Source of the DNA: Patescibacteria group bacterium
Lineage (GTDB): Bacteria > Patescibacteriota > Patescibacteriia > 2-01-FULL-39-33
DNA length: 64,000 nucleotides
Direction of reading: 5' to 3'
Assembly: GCA_041649655.1 (NCBI GenBank)
Contig: JBAZMO010000001.1
Location: 173 to 64,172 of the forward strand
Both the position numbers and the translations under genes were made by a program. The notes below the pieces were generated by a model, which was not told where the DNA came from, did no database searches, and saw only the letters and a list, made by a program, of their open reading frames with translations. This document shows positions 48,701 through 57,184 of the stretch, piece by piece (the first letter of the stretch is position 1; every line of letters begins with the position of its first letter).

Positions 48701-51700
48701 GCACCTCCAATTGTCTTTTAAGCGGCGCGAATGCTACGAGCACAGGCGGCACTTGCGGTGACCGCAAATTACAGAATGGCCAATTTGACAGTTACTCTTG
48801 GACTTTCAATCTTGATGACAATGTCAGAGTTTGCCAAGCTGTCAGAGCCGATCTCAATCCTTGCCCTAATGGTGTTTGGTCGGTCAGCGCTGATGCCAGT
48901 GTCAGCAGTTTTGATATCTTGTTTTATCGTGGGTTTGAAGGCAATAATAAACCTGCGTCTAATTGCATTTCTGACGCAGAGATGCGGCAATACGGCTTTT
49001 GGCGGCGGATGTTTAATGAATTAGCCAAGATAGTTAAAAGTTTCTTCGGTTTCCATTCGGCTTTGGCGGCCGATTGGTGGTGTACGATGAATAATTCTAA
49101 TGACAGTAAATTTTCAGCTGAAGATTTGCAAAAAATGAGCTTGGGTAATTTCAAGCGTGATATTTTGCTGGACGGGGTGTCGACTGAGATCATCGGTTAT
49201 ACTGATGATAATGACGGTTATAAAGTTAATTTTATCCGTAAAAATAACTATCAGCCGAACACCCAGTATAAGGCGGTGGTGAATTATGTCCGCAATGGCG
49301 TCAGCAATATCCGGACTTCCGATGTGACGACTTACTCCTCAAGCTGCCGAATGGACAGCGTTAAATTCGATGTCTGGCCGCGCGGCGCGGCTAAGAATTC
49401 GGATGCGTTTTTCTGCGCTTCTGATCCGGTTGCCGGCAAGTTGGACGAGTGCGGCCGTTTCAGCGATGATCCTTATGACGACGATATGTCGGCGGCTTGG
49501 ACCATGAATCAACTGGATAACGGCTATAACTTGAACAGCAATGGCGATGCTCAAACCGCTATTAATAATCCCAATTACAAGCCGGGCAATAATCATCTTT
49601 ATCGCGTCTGGCCGCTTGATCAAGACGGGCATGTTTTGCGCGGCATTAATTTTGAGCAGAATGTGGCCAATGTCGGCGCTCTGGTCAATCAGTCGGCTTT
49701 AGGCAGCACTGGTTATGCCGGCGATTTCTGGCTGACTTCGGGGCCAACCCAGGGCCGATCTCTTTTTAACGTCAAGATCAGTGATTTGAATGATGCCGGC
49801 GCCGGCAGCGTCAGCGGCAGTTTGCCGATTTATACTTTTTTCTGCAAGAATCCCTGGCCGTCCCCCAATGATTTCCCGTTTGTTGATAGTAACGCAAATT
49901 GTCCAACTGGCACTTGTATTAATACTAATTTCGCCGCTTACTATTGCCGCGATGCCGGACTGGACAGCACGACGGCTGATGATTTGCCGTCGATCGGCAG
50001 GATAAATTCCGGGGTGGCGGTCATCGGCTCTGAAGCTTGCCCAACCACTGATCCGTGCGACAATAAGATTAAGGAGTTCTTATTCAGCGGTTCGGCTGCC
50101 GGCATAGCGACCTCCAGCAATACCATCGGCTTGAGGATTTACAACAATAATAATCATTATTCGCCGACTTTGTGGTATCAATCGCGATTCAATCCCGCTT
50201 CCCAAAGCAATTTGTCGAAATTAAGCGTCGACGGCTATAGCGCCAGCCGAGAAGGCCGGACGACTTATATTAATGCGGCTGATTTTAAAGATGGCCAGGA
50301 CAAGGTTTATTCCGACATATTTATTTTGTCTTATGACCAGAACGCCGGCGAAGCGGTTAAGAATATTTATGACCAACTCTTAGCCAACTGGTTTTTCAAT
50401 GCCGGCTCCTTGTCAGTCGGCGGCTTGGAATATTATGAAGCCCTTGGTTTTTGCAGTGAAGGCAGCCAGGCCGATCAAGATAACAGATGCTTCAGCGATG
50501 TCGATTGCTTGAAACGCGGCGCCGGTTATTGTAAGTCGGAAAAAGCCAAGATCACCCGCGATACTCAGCGCTTGGCTGATGTCCAGGATATTTACAAGGA
50601 GTTGGCTGGTTATTATGGCCGCTTACGCTGTTCTAATGATTTCAATCGTGTTTGCCGGTCCAATGCCGACTGTTACGGCGGCGGAGCTTGCGGTAATTTC
50701 TATCCTAATTTGCGCGCCGGCACTTACCTGACCGGCAAAACCTTCAGTGTTTGGCCGAGCTGGCAGGATAACCTGGGCAAGGACTTGGGAACCGCTTTGC
50801 CAGTTGATCCGATTAATAAATTGTGGGCTTGGTATGGTAAGTCAGTTGATTGCTCTAATCCTTATAATCCCGTCACTTGTTGGGACCAGACCGGCAAAAA
50901 AATGGAGTCGAATCTTGATTGGAATTCTGCCGTCTATGCTTATTACGGCACTAAAGCCGGCACTTCGACTAAGATTTATATCAAGGGTGAAAAGGACTCG
51001 ACCGGTTCGATTTGGCATGAAGATTGGGTTTCGTTGGCGACTTGGGGTTATAACCCTTTCAGTGGTTATGTAGTTGGTGGTTTTCATTCAATAGTCAGCG
51101 ACAGTTGCGGCAATAATGTTTGTGATAATTCTGCCGGTGAGACCTGCTCTAGTTGTCCTTTGGATTGTGCTTGCTTAATTGGCAAATCTTGCCAAAAAAT
51201 TTCTAGTGTTTGGCAATGCGCGACATCGACATTACCGATTGCTGCATCCGCGACCTGCGGCAATGGGATTATAAATCATAGTATTAATTATATGACTGGA
51301 GCGAATATCGGAGAAGAGTGTGATTTTATTAATGGCGTGCCGAATTGTCCTAGTCCAAATGAGCTATTTGGGAATCCTAATATTATAAAACTTGTAACAT
51401 CTACTGTTCAAGGCGCTCTTTGCTGCACTGACCAATGCAAATTATCTGATTGGTATAAATCAGTTAATTCAAATCCCAGATGTGGCGACGGCTTAAGGAC
51501 TGACCAGGAAGAATGTGATTGTGGAACGGTTGGTTATACGCCAGCAAAATATAATCCCTTTGTCTGTAATAATCTAAATTATAATCCGATAACTACATAT
51601 TTAGAACCGCCAGCTAGGCCGGTTGATAAGCCATATTGCGACACTAATTGTTTTCTTCACATTAATACTGATTACAGGTTTTGCGGTGATGGTTTAAAGA

Positions 51701-52491
51701 CAGACGAGGAAAAATGCGATCAAGGTGATCGAAATGGCGTATCCGGCGGTGATTGTAGTAATCTTTGCGAATTTACTTGTACTATTAATAACTATAATAG
51801 TGCGGCGTTGACTTTTGGGTCGGCAAAATCAATAACTCAAATCTGGGAAAATTCCGGCGGTTCAGTGACGTTGAATACGCCCATTTGCCGCTTATCAGAC
51901 AAGATAAAATTGACAGTTGAAGCAGCTGCTGTTTCTGCCGCTTCGCCGGTTTTATCAGCTTTTGCCACTGGCGCAGACGGCCAGGAATATAGTTGCAATC
52001 GAGCTAGCGCAGCTGATTATTTTCAGAATAATGGCAGTTTAAGCCCCGGTTATAATGTTAATGATTCGAATGATTGTTACGTCAAGGTGATTGATAATAA
52101 TAAAAAATGTGATGATATCAGCTGGTTTCAAAGTAATCAGGGGTGTTGTCTTTTTAATAGAGATGATAAGATGTGGCATAAACCTTTTTGGACGCCTTTT
52201 ACTGGCATTAATGCTACTGGTGATTTGTGCGATCAAAATAATACTCTATTATTGGCGTTTCCGGTCCCTATTTTAAATCCAGGCGCGGTTATTCCTAAAA
52301 TTACAATTAAAATCGACGATCAACCGACTAATATCATTGACCAGGAAATTAATGGCAGTCAAACTCTTGATGTTACTATCTCTGCCGGTTTCTGCGATGA
52401 CGTTAATCATAACATCAGTTTGTCTTACAGCGATGCTGCTTCCGTTAAGCTTTCCTCGGTCTCGCTTGGATACTGCCCTAAATTAGATTAA
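42745..52491 (+). CDS. giant secreted/surface protein 2 (about 3250 aa)
   Basis: The same N-terminal module (MYGGFIWMTASGDPDKVTKAK). EEWVEIYNPTDSAIDISDLRISY lamin-tail-domain motif. At least five CGNGKIE.GEQCDDGN..D.DGCS..CL repeats (Myxococcus-type Cys-rich repeat). Many paired-Cys modules. Start set at ATG 42745 (MLVRTKK...). Confidence 0.75.
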   Translation: MLVRTKKTLLVILVILAAATLALPAAVLAAGEVPSIGLFGSIFGTATLAQIIIRIIQLFMALLGVIVVVFLMYGGFIWMTASGDPDKVTKAKRIILQAIIGLVIIFSAFAISAFIFDRFGPPDGGSPTEPCETVGETDNCSVGGCTGLRTCLEGNIWGPCQFDPNCDPINPPYNLIPPVITYIDPAWDVNGDTDPSNITEASTADDISNGAPGNAISIFGRYFGQVRGKVYFVRNSDNIRTEADIADCFGAWTSNQIIVVVPDGLDQMDISSETAIVNASPLRNYNVIVEKNSTGATSLVSNDWGFQVNKIERPGICSMVPKSGAYPATTTIVGWRFPSASPQNVLWSLSPYHATSSASAWTVSSTIDTVPQDLSGRALVNIFNGVVKSNSYLFMVSRGRLDDPCGYDNRSCDEDINTCGQDEGVVLACQFCSDDPANDDHYQAGCDLSKNCTCQINSKDACVYNSDQLQNDKQACFIGGCAGFKYCTDRGVWSSTCVPSAVDCVPYLGNRSGIASFSWAFNALKRPIAGMSCKSDIWSDDTCDLNGCFDANLGCDTSQTTEEWVEIYNPTDSAIDISDLRISYIDDYFGTEEKTFFSFSNPTGKFIGGKSYMALRNTGARLPNISGKIILNNNFSQVDIVEYGNNDLSAAFSPASFGRKIDGLDTGNASDFVYFPNSSGDFPNNTASSTIGDHLVINEVSLAHDACTCVPKSQLCAPGEVDAQTCDPVGQCRQARTCSADGHWGACVQSDPNCIPYPLVPASTIASYSWSFGANAGLSGAGPMVVKSCDGSVDCSRNSLPSPSPWEEWTPENSNVENQASIDACLNATIFARFTQTMDQATLNTENIKLYKYNNSNATWEDNRLIDDIESLPLSDSGVDSFNLKLNQNLISSTTYRVYLSKSIRDGLGRNLIDTPNGPRQELCGGVGDGNGVCWSFKTRAASDPNKMCEVGCVNCGPDKYFNRYYGQKKQHAAYPISIDNSCIVLDATNYEWDWTVEQQTTGNSNNRGWEIMRTMASAYSWLLDPISQLALTATDGILHQISGTVISGKATTTAQLETRWRTNSNYSAWFEGDDFDFFAVRSKEAATQNSGICRAHNNFTDPVVIESQYCTKSDTEGDADSDNWSKQVLQSPSPWKGQTDACTNGVIFVLFSRNMMNGSLLNGGLIKNFEIYKCDNAAAATSSDFSSYNDDCELQPAWQAKVFNYTHQNITLQELMAAADSVQGSTTPEGIRIYPPNKLASNTWYKVLIRGGENGVRGGNSDSNEQSEGVLQVPNPNARIINGAETWYYWYFKTGAGDCPIDQVAVLPQIKFMPVVGESQDYLADPYAANCNHLNSNNYVWQWDSLINPFVDRCPNGNNSGDYVASILSTTSDETIATSRSEGNTKITAAAEQGECEANKWGAGELQVGYGGFKVSSYDNTNCLNTDININFSQEAKSDTLKNNIELYRCGNSDCRFDDLQNLQITIRNPQGLYEDPIKPDPFYSNSVYLVPNINLTPGATYRVVVKGGDTGVKSFANSSLLDLNYNSEAKAGGEVCDPGLYPWRSGDPFVGLCSNACKLIGNLCGTPLAECQPADLLCDDNCHKVGNSNTSASCGNNKIDPGEQCDDGNTRDGDSCSSLCLLEGSNTRYGSLCGNGKIEKGEQCDDGNIVDNDGCSSECLLGVEGVTTNILFNTSFEEDDIRTGALKNWSTYSQKHSKVEVTSVEYQSGARSVLILQESNQVFPGTCTEAICNDLSPALPTNIGCTWLSATNQCSFNQQDSAHLGNSNPIYNFGNTLYAPNNHAVVWGALSYNVSSPGFVVGQKYTVKFWYKGIVDKNSTTSLVFGYNPGNLSQCNSTSTLNLKDDPSNPGNEICKTGKFCSDDPSHCCFQAPYQTKCYSGISKTAINPGTYDDWQPHTTEFIYTSELASLRDSAGRLLNVIALVIPNAPTTDSGTRLYIDDFSVEQVGSVSDAPICGNGKIEAGEQCDDGADNAVDSSSLNRCTSNCLLSGANATSTGGTCGDRKLQNGQFDSYSWTFNLDDNVRVCQAVRADLNPCPNGVWSVSADASVSSFDILFYRGFEGNNKPASNCISDAEMRQYGFWRRMFNELAKIVKSFFGFHSALAADWWCTMNNSNDSKFSAEDLQKMSLGNFKRDILLDGVSTEIIGYTDDNDGYKVNFIRKNNYQPNTQYKAVVNYVRNGVSNIRTSDVTTYSSSCRMDSVKFDVWPRGAAKNSDAFFCASDPVAGKLDECGRFSDDPYDDDMSAAWTMNQLDNGYNLNSNGDAQTAINNPNYKPGNNHLYRVWPLDQDGHVLRGINFEQNVANVGALVNQSALGSTGYAGDFWLTSGPTQGRSLFNVKISDLNDAGAGSVSGSLPIYTFFCKNPWPSPNDFPFVDSNANCPTGTCINTNFAAYYCRDAGLDSTTADDLPSIGRINSGVAVIGSEACPTTDPCDNKIKEFLFSGSAAGIATSSNTIGLRIYNNNNHYSPTLWYQSRFNPASQSNLSKLSVDGYSASREGRTTYINAADFKDGQDKVYSDIFILSYDQNAGEAVKNIYDQLLANWFFNAGSLSVGGLEYYEALGFCSEGSQADQDNRCFSDVDCLKRGAGYCKSEKAKITRDTQRLADVQDIYKELAGYYGRLRCSNDFNRVCRSNADCYGGGACGNFYPNLRAGTYLTGKTFSVWPSWQDNLGKDLGTALPVDPINKLWAWYGKSVDCSNPYNPVTCWDQTGKKMESNLDWNSAVYAYYGTKAGTSTKIYIKGEKDSTGSIWHEDWVSLATWGYNPFSGYVVGGFHSIVSDSCGNNVCDNSAGETCSSCPLDCACLIGKSCQKISSVWQCATSTLPIAASATCGNGIINHSINYMTGANIGEECDFINGVPNCPSPNELFGNPNIIKLVTSTVQGALCCTDQCKLSDWYKSVNSNPRCGDGLRTDQEECDCGTVGYTPAKYNPFVCNNLNYNPITTYLEPPARPVDKPYCDTNCFLHINTDYRFCGDGLKTDEEKCDQGDRNGVSGGDCSNLCEFTCTINNYNSAALTFGSAKSITQIWENSGGSVTLNTPICRLSDKIKLTVEAAAVSAASPVLSAFATGADGQEYSCNRASAADYFQNNGSLSPGYNVNDSNDCYVKVIDNNKKCDDISWFQSNQGCCLFNRDDKMWHKPFWTPFTGINATGDLCDQNNTLLLAFPVPILNPGAVIPKITIKIDDQPTNIIDQEINGSQTLDVTISAGFCDDVNHNISLSYSDAASVKLSSVSLGYCPKLD

Positions 52492-52514
52492 AAATTTAGT
52501 TTTAATTAATTTCT

Positions 52515-53291
52515 ATGTTCGAACAAAACTCCAACACGCCGCAGCCGCCGTCGAATTTGCCTTTCGGCCAGCCGCAAAACCCTTTTATGCCACCGCCGCC
52601 GGCTAATATTCCGCCGATTGCTAATAATTTGCCGCCGCCGGCTTTTCAGCCGCCAGTCAATCAATTTGCGCCGGTGCCAAATTCTGCTCCTCAGACCGAA
52701 GATATGTTTGCCGCGACTGATCGTCCGGCATCGCCGGCAAGCGGCTATGCGGCTCAGCCGGCTGCTTTTCCGGCTTATCAGCCGGGGCCGCGTATTTCTG
52801 ATACTGATCTGTTCGGCGGCGGCGGAACCCCTTGGGGCAAGATTATTACTATCATTATTATTGTTCTAGTGGCGATCGGCGGCATCGGAGCGGCGATTTG
52901 GGGTTATAATTATTGGATTAGCGGCCTTAAACCGACTGCTCCGGCCGCCGAGACCCCGGTTGCTCCGGCTGCGGCCGCGCCGGCAATTACTGCTCCGGCC
53001 GCCGAGACCCCGGCGGTTATAGCTACTACCACGGTTGTTGCCGAAACAGTCGTTGATTCTGACGGCGATGGCTTGACTGATAGCGAAGAGACAGCGCTAG
53101 GCACTGATCCGCAGAAAGCGGATACGGACAGCGACGGCTTGACCGATTGGGCGGAGATTAAGATTTATAAGAGCGATCCCTTGAATCCCGATACTGATGG
53201 CGATACTTATAAGGATGGCGCGGAAGTGATCAATGGTTATGATCCGTTGAAGCCGGGCAGCGCGCGGCTCTATGAAGTGCCGCAGCCATAA
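52515..53291 (+). CDS. Pro-rich membrane protein with thrombospondin-type-3-like Ca-binding repeats
   Basis: Pro-rich N-terminus, TM, then DSDGDGLTDSEE...DTDSDGLTDWAE...DTDGDTYKDGAEVINGYDPLKPG. Confidence 0.6.
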   Translation: MFEQNSNTPQPPSNLPFGQPQNPFMPPPPANIPPIANNLPPPAFQPPVNQFAPVPNSAPQTEDMFAATDRPASPASGYAAQPAAFPAYQPGPRISDTDLFGGGGTPWGKIITIIIIVLVAIGGIGAAIWGYNYWISGLKPTAPAAETPVAPAAAAPAITAPAAETPAVIATTTVVAETVVDSDGDGLTDSEETALGTDPQKADTDSDGLTDWAEIKIYKSDPLNPDTDGDTYKDGAEVINGYDPLKPGSARLYEVPQP

Positions 53292-53315
53292 AGCTGATTA
53301 TCCATATTTTAAAAT

Positions 53316-54503
53316 ATGTTTTTCAAACCGAAAAAGGCGATTCCGGCCCCTGAGCCGGCCGCCGCTGAAGCGCCGCAGGGGTTTTCTGATGTTTATGTGA
53401 TGCCGGAAAAATATGTGATGCCCGGAGCGAAAACTGGCGGCAAGGGCTTACTGATTGTTTCCATTATTTTGATCGCAGTCATTTTGCTGACGGCCAGTTA
53501 TTTGATTTATGATATGATGAACAGCCAGCCGGCTGCGGTAACACCGGCTCCGATTCCGCCCCAAATCGAGGTGATGGAAGTTGAACAGCCGCTGATTGAG
53601 GCGACCAGTACAATTGAAGCTGTTGCTACGACGACTGGAACAGAAATCACCAGCCAGCCAACTAGTACCCCGGCCTTGACGCCGGCCGCACTTTCGGTCA
53701 GTTTGGATTCCGACGGCGACGGCCTGTCGGATATAGAAGAGACCTTGCTGGGGACTCTGCCGACGAACATTGATACTGATGGAGACGGTTATCGCGATGG
53801 CAGCGAGGTGGCCGGCGGCTATAATCCCACCAAGCCGGGCGATTCTCGGTTGAAGGAGTCGCCATTTATCAAATCATTGGCTACTAATTTCAGCTCGGAT
53901 AATTTTAAGACCCTTTACCCTAAGGATTGGTTGGCGGCCTTCGTTGCCGCCAATCGGCAGGCCTTGATCACGGCGGCGACCGGCGAAATCATCAGAATCA
54001 GTATTCGGGATAATCAGCTTGGCCAATCGGCGCTGGGCTGGTATCTGCAGGATCATCCCGAGGCGATTGTCAGCCAATTGCGAGTGGCGGAAGCCGGCGT
54101 TCTGTCAGGTATTTATACTGCCAACGGCTTGACGGCTTATTTGACTGATCCGGCCAAAACCAAGTTTTATGTTTTTGAATATTTAGCCGGCCAGCAGCTG
54201 GAAGTCCGTTATGGCACGGTTTTTGCGGCGATTATTAAAAGTTTTGAATTGACGGCGCCGGCCGCGGCTTTGGCGCCGAATGCCTCATCCTCAGCCGATC
54301 AGGTTTGCCAAGGATATTTGTGTTATGAGGAACCCTGCGGGCCGTTGGTCAGCGGAGAAAATTCTTGCCTGAGCGCCACGCTAAAAAAAACTTGCCATGA
54401 GCGGGCTTGCGAAATTGATAGCGATTGTCCGACCGGACAGATTTGCGTTGAGATCAGTTGTTGGAATGGTGATTTGGGGGAAATCGCCAAGGTTTGCAAA
54501 TAG
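53316..54503 (+). CDS. paralogous TM plus TSP3-like repeat protein with Cys-rich C-terminal domain
   Basis: DSDGDGLSDIEE...DTDGDGYRDGSEVAGGYNPTKPG; C-terminal CQGYLCYEEPC...CHERACEIDSDCPTGQICVEISC. Confidence 0.6.
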   Translation: MFFKPKKAIPAPEPAAAEAPQGFSDVYVMPEKYVMPGAKTGGKGLLIVSIILIAVILLTASYLIYDMMNSQPAAVTPAPIPPQIEVMEVEQPLIEATSTIEAVATTTGTEITSQPTSTPALTPAALSVSLDSDGDGLSDIEETLLGTLPTNIDTDGDGYRDGSEVAGGYNPTKPGDSRLKESPFIKSLATNFSSDNFKTLYPKDWLAAFVAANRQALITAATGEIIRISIRDNQLGQSALGWYLQDHPEAIVSQLRVAEAGVLSGIYTANGLTAYLTDPAKTKFYVFEYLAGQQLEVRYGTVFAAIIKSFELTAPAAALAPNASSSADQVCQGYLCYEEPCGPLVSGENSCLSATLKKTCHERACEIDSDCPTGQICVEISCWNGDLGEIAKVCK

Positions 54504-54961
54504 TTATGCTGCGTTACGAAATTTACAATTCCACCGGCTTAGCCGTTAATGAAAAGATGATCAAAAGATGCGTCCGGTCTTTTGCGACGGCTGCCAGAAT
54601 CAAGAAGTCGAGAAGCTTTTCTTTGGCTTTTGTCGACGGCCGGACGATCAGGAAATTCAATCGTCTTTATCGAGGCCGGGACAAAATGACTGATGTTTTG
54701 AGTTTTGCCGAACGCGACAGCGAGTTTGTCGGGCCGGGCGAAGCCGAGGAATTAGGCGAGATATTAATCTGCTCCGCTCAAGCCAAACTCCAAGCTCGCA
54801 GTAACGGCTGGCCGGTCGATTATGAGATTTGCCGTTTATTGGTCCATGGCTTGTCGCACCTCGTCGGCTATGAACATGAGGGCGTCAGCCGGCAGGAGGA
54901 ACAGCGGATGATTGATTTTGAAAAAAAAGCGCTGGCCGGATCAGAGGATTTGTCGGACTGA
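54494..54961 (+). CDS. ybeY: rRNA maturation endoribonuclease YbeY
   Basis: LVHGLSHLVGYEHEG zinc-binding H..H.....H motif. Confidence 0.85.
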   Translation: MQIVMLRYEIYNSTGLAVNEKMIKRCVRSFATAARIKKSRSFSLAFVDGRTIRKFNRLYRGRDKMTDVLSFAERDSEFVGPGEAEELGEILICSAQAKLQARSNGWPVDYEICRLLVHGLSHLVGYEHEGVSRQEEQRMIDFEKKALAGSEDLSD

Positions 54962-55080
54962 CTGAACACATTTTTTGTTCAGTAGGCGGTTGCTAAGAAA
55001 ATCGTTTCTTGATATAATTTAACAGAATTTAACTTGGAGACGGACGGCTGATTATCGGCTGTTGGTCCCCGCCCAGTACC

Positions 55081-56322
55081 ATGCTTAAAGACCATCTCAT
55101 CACCGGGCTCGATATCGGTTCAACCGCCATCAGGATCGTGACAGGCGAACGGCCGAGAAACGAAGCCAAAATCAGGATTATCGGCGCCGTGGAAGGCCCG
55201 TCCAAGGGAATTTCCAAGGGCGCGGTCGTGGACGCCGATGACGCCATTTCCGCCATTTCGGCGGTCTTGGAAAAAGCGGAACGCATGGTCGGCCAAGCTA
55301 TCAGCCATGCTTGGGTCGGCATCAGCGGCAATCATATCATTACAGCCGAGAGCCGCGGCGTCGTGGCGGTTTCCAAAGTTAACGGCGAGATCCGTGAGGC
55401 CGATGTAGAGCGAGTAGTTGAGAATGCGAAGTCGGTTTCGGCGCCGCCCAATTATGAGATACTTCATGTCATCCCCAGGAATTTCACCGTTGACTCCCAG
55501 GTCGGCATCAAGGATCCGGTCGGCATGACTGGCATCCGTTTGGAAGTGGAGACCCAGATTATCCAGGGATTGTCGGCGCAGATCAAGAATTTGACTAATT
55601 GCGTTTATCGCACCGGCTTGGAAATCGATGATTTGGTTTTATCGATCCTGGCCGCTTCAGAAAGCGTTTTGACCAATCGCCAAAAGGATCTGGGAGTCGT
55701 CGTGATCAATTTGGGAGGCCGCACCACTTCCTTGGCTGTTTTTGAAGAAGGCGACTTGTTGCATACGGCTGTCATTCCGATCGGTTCCGACCATATCACT
55801 TCTGATATTAATTTATTATTCCGGATTTCGATCGACACGGCGGAAAAAATAAAAGTTCGGGAGGGTAGTTGCTTGGCCAAAGAGTTCAAGCGCCATGACG
55901 AGATGAGATTTTCCGGCGTAGGCGGGATTGAAGAGGGTTATTTTTCCAAAAAACAAGTGGCCGAAGTCATCGAAGCCAGAACGGAGGAAATATTCCAATA
56001 CGTTGATAGGGAGCTTAAGAAGATCAGTAAATCCGGCCGTTTGCCGGCCGGCGCTGTCATTACCGGCGGCGGTGCCAAGTTAGACGGCATTGTCGAAATC
56101 GCCAAGCGTGTTCTGCATCTGCCGGCGATTGTCGGCTATCCCCATGACCTAGTGTCTTCTTTGGACAAAGTTTCTGATCCGTCATTTACGACGGCCGTCG
56201 GCTTGGCGCTGTGGGGCAATCAGGTGATTAATAAGTCAGGCGGACGCGGGCCGTCCGGAGCGAAAGTCATGAATTCCGCCATTGCCAGCTTCAGAAACAT
56301 TTTCAAATCGCTTTTGCCATAA
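55081..56322 (+). CDS. ftsA: cell division protein FtsA
   Basis: Actin-like ATPase fold LDIGSTAIRIV...; 413 aa. Confidence 0.9.
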   Translation: MLKDHLITGLDIGSTAIRIVTGERPRNEAKIRIIGAVEGPSKGISKGAVVDADDAISAISAVLEKAERMVGQAISHAWVGISGNHIITAESRGVVAVSKVNGEIREADVERVVENAKSVSAPPNYEILHVIPRNFTVDSQVGIKDPVGMTGIRLEVETQIIQGLSAQIKNLTNCVYRTGLEIDDLVLSILAASESVLTNRQKDLGVVVINLGGRTTSLAVFEEGDLLHTAVIPIGSDHITSDINLLFRISIDTAEKIKVREGSCLAKEFKRHDEMRFSGVGGIEEGYFSKKQVAEVIEARTEEIFQYVDRELKKISKSGRLPAGAVITGGGAKLDGIVEIAKRVLHLPAIVGYPHDLVSSLDKVSDPSFTTAVGLALWGNQVINKSGGRGPSGAKVMNSAIASFRNIFKSLLP

Positions 56323-56344
56323 TAATCAATAATATTTTGATCAT

Positions 56345-57160
56345 ATGCCCAGAAAACAGCCAGCCAATATAATGAGTCCTTTGGAGCCGCCGATCGCTCG
56401 GCCGAAACTGAAGAAATCTCCGCGCCGCGCTTCGGATATCTCGGCTCCGGCTGTCGGTTCGACCTCGGTCCAGTTGCCGGCCAAAGCCGGCCGCCGTTCT
56501 CGCAGTTCATCTTCTTCGGCGGCGGCTATCACACTGTTCGTCTTGTTGATTCTGGCTGTCGGCGCTTATTTTACAACCGAGTATTTGAAGAATAAAACTG
56601 AGCGGGAAATTTCAGCGGCGAATGAAGCCGCGGCGATAGCCGGCGGCCAAGCGGCCGGCCAAGCTGATTTGATCGGCCAAGCGGCTCCGGTTGATCCGAC
56701 CGCTGATTGGAAGGCATTCAATTTGTCGGCTATTTCGACATCCAGTCCGGCTTCAACTTCTTTATCTTTCAAATACCCGGCTGAATTGCAACTGACTCAG
56801 AATTCTAATAATTTGATTTTGAGCAATCCTGAAACCACCAGCACCCAGCTTAACATTAATTGGGTCAAAAGCGCTAAGACCTTAACTGAATATCTGGCCG
56901 CTTTGGACAAACTCAATGAAACCGGCTGGGAAGGCCAACCCTCAGTTGAAGTGGCGACTTCGACGGCGGCAGCGGTCATTTCCGGTTATCCGGTGATTTT
57001 CCGCCAGCAAAAACTGTTGGCTGCCGATTTGGATCAGTTCATCGTTTATGTCAAGACCTCCGACACCCTTTATGCCATCAGCTTGACTGCGTCCGGGCTT
57101 AATCAGGATTTATTGAATTTTTTTGTCACCTTTTTGAACAATTTCAAGTTCGCGCAATGA
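56345..57160 (+). CDS. hypothetical single-pass membrane protein inserted between ftsA and ftsZ
   Basis: Basic cytoplasmic N-terminus, Ser-rich, one TM, extracytoplasmic domain. Confidence 0.5.
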   Translation: MPRKQPANIMSPLEPPIARPKLKKSPRRASDISAPAVGSTSVQLPAKAGRRSRSSSSSAAAITLFVLLILAVGAYFTTEYLKNKTEREISAANEAAAIAGGQAAGQADLIGQAAPVDPTADWKAFNLSAISTSSPASTSLSFKYPAELQLTQNSNNLILSNPETTSTQLNINWVKSAKTLTEYLAALDKLNETGWEGQPSVEVATSTAAAVISGYPVIFRQQKLLAADLDQFIVYVKTSDTLYAISLTASGLNQDLLNFFVTFLNNFKFAQ

Positions 57161-57184
57161 AGCTAAGGAATTTAACCATCAATT

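Noticed and set aside
43267-50126. Many 60-180-aa ORFs on both strands inside the giant surface-protein gene
   Set aside because: They are embedded in a single uninterrupted 9.7 kb ORF with coherent repeat and domain structure. Their products are low complexity. None has an RBS.
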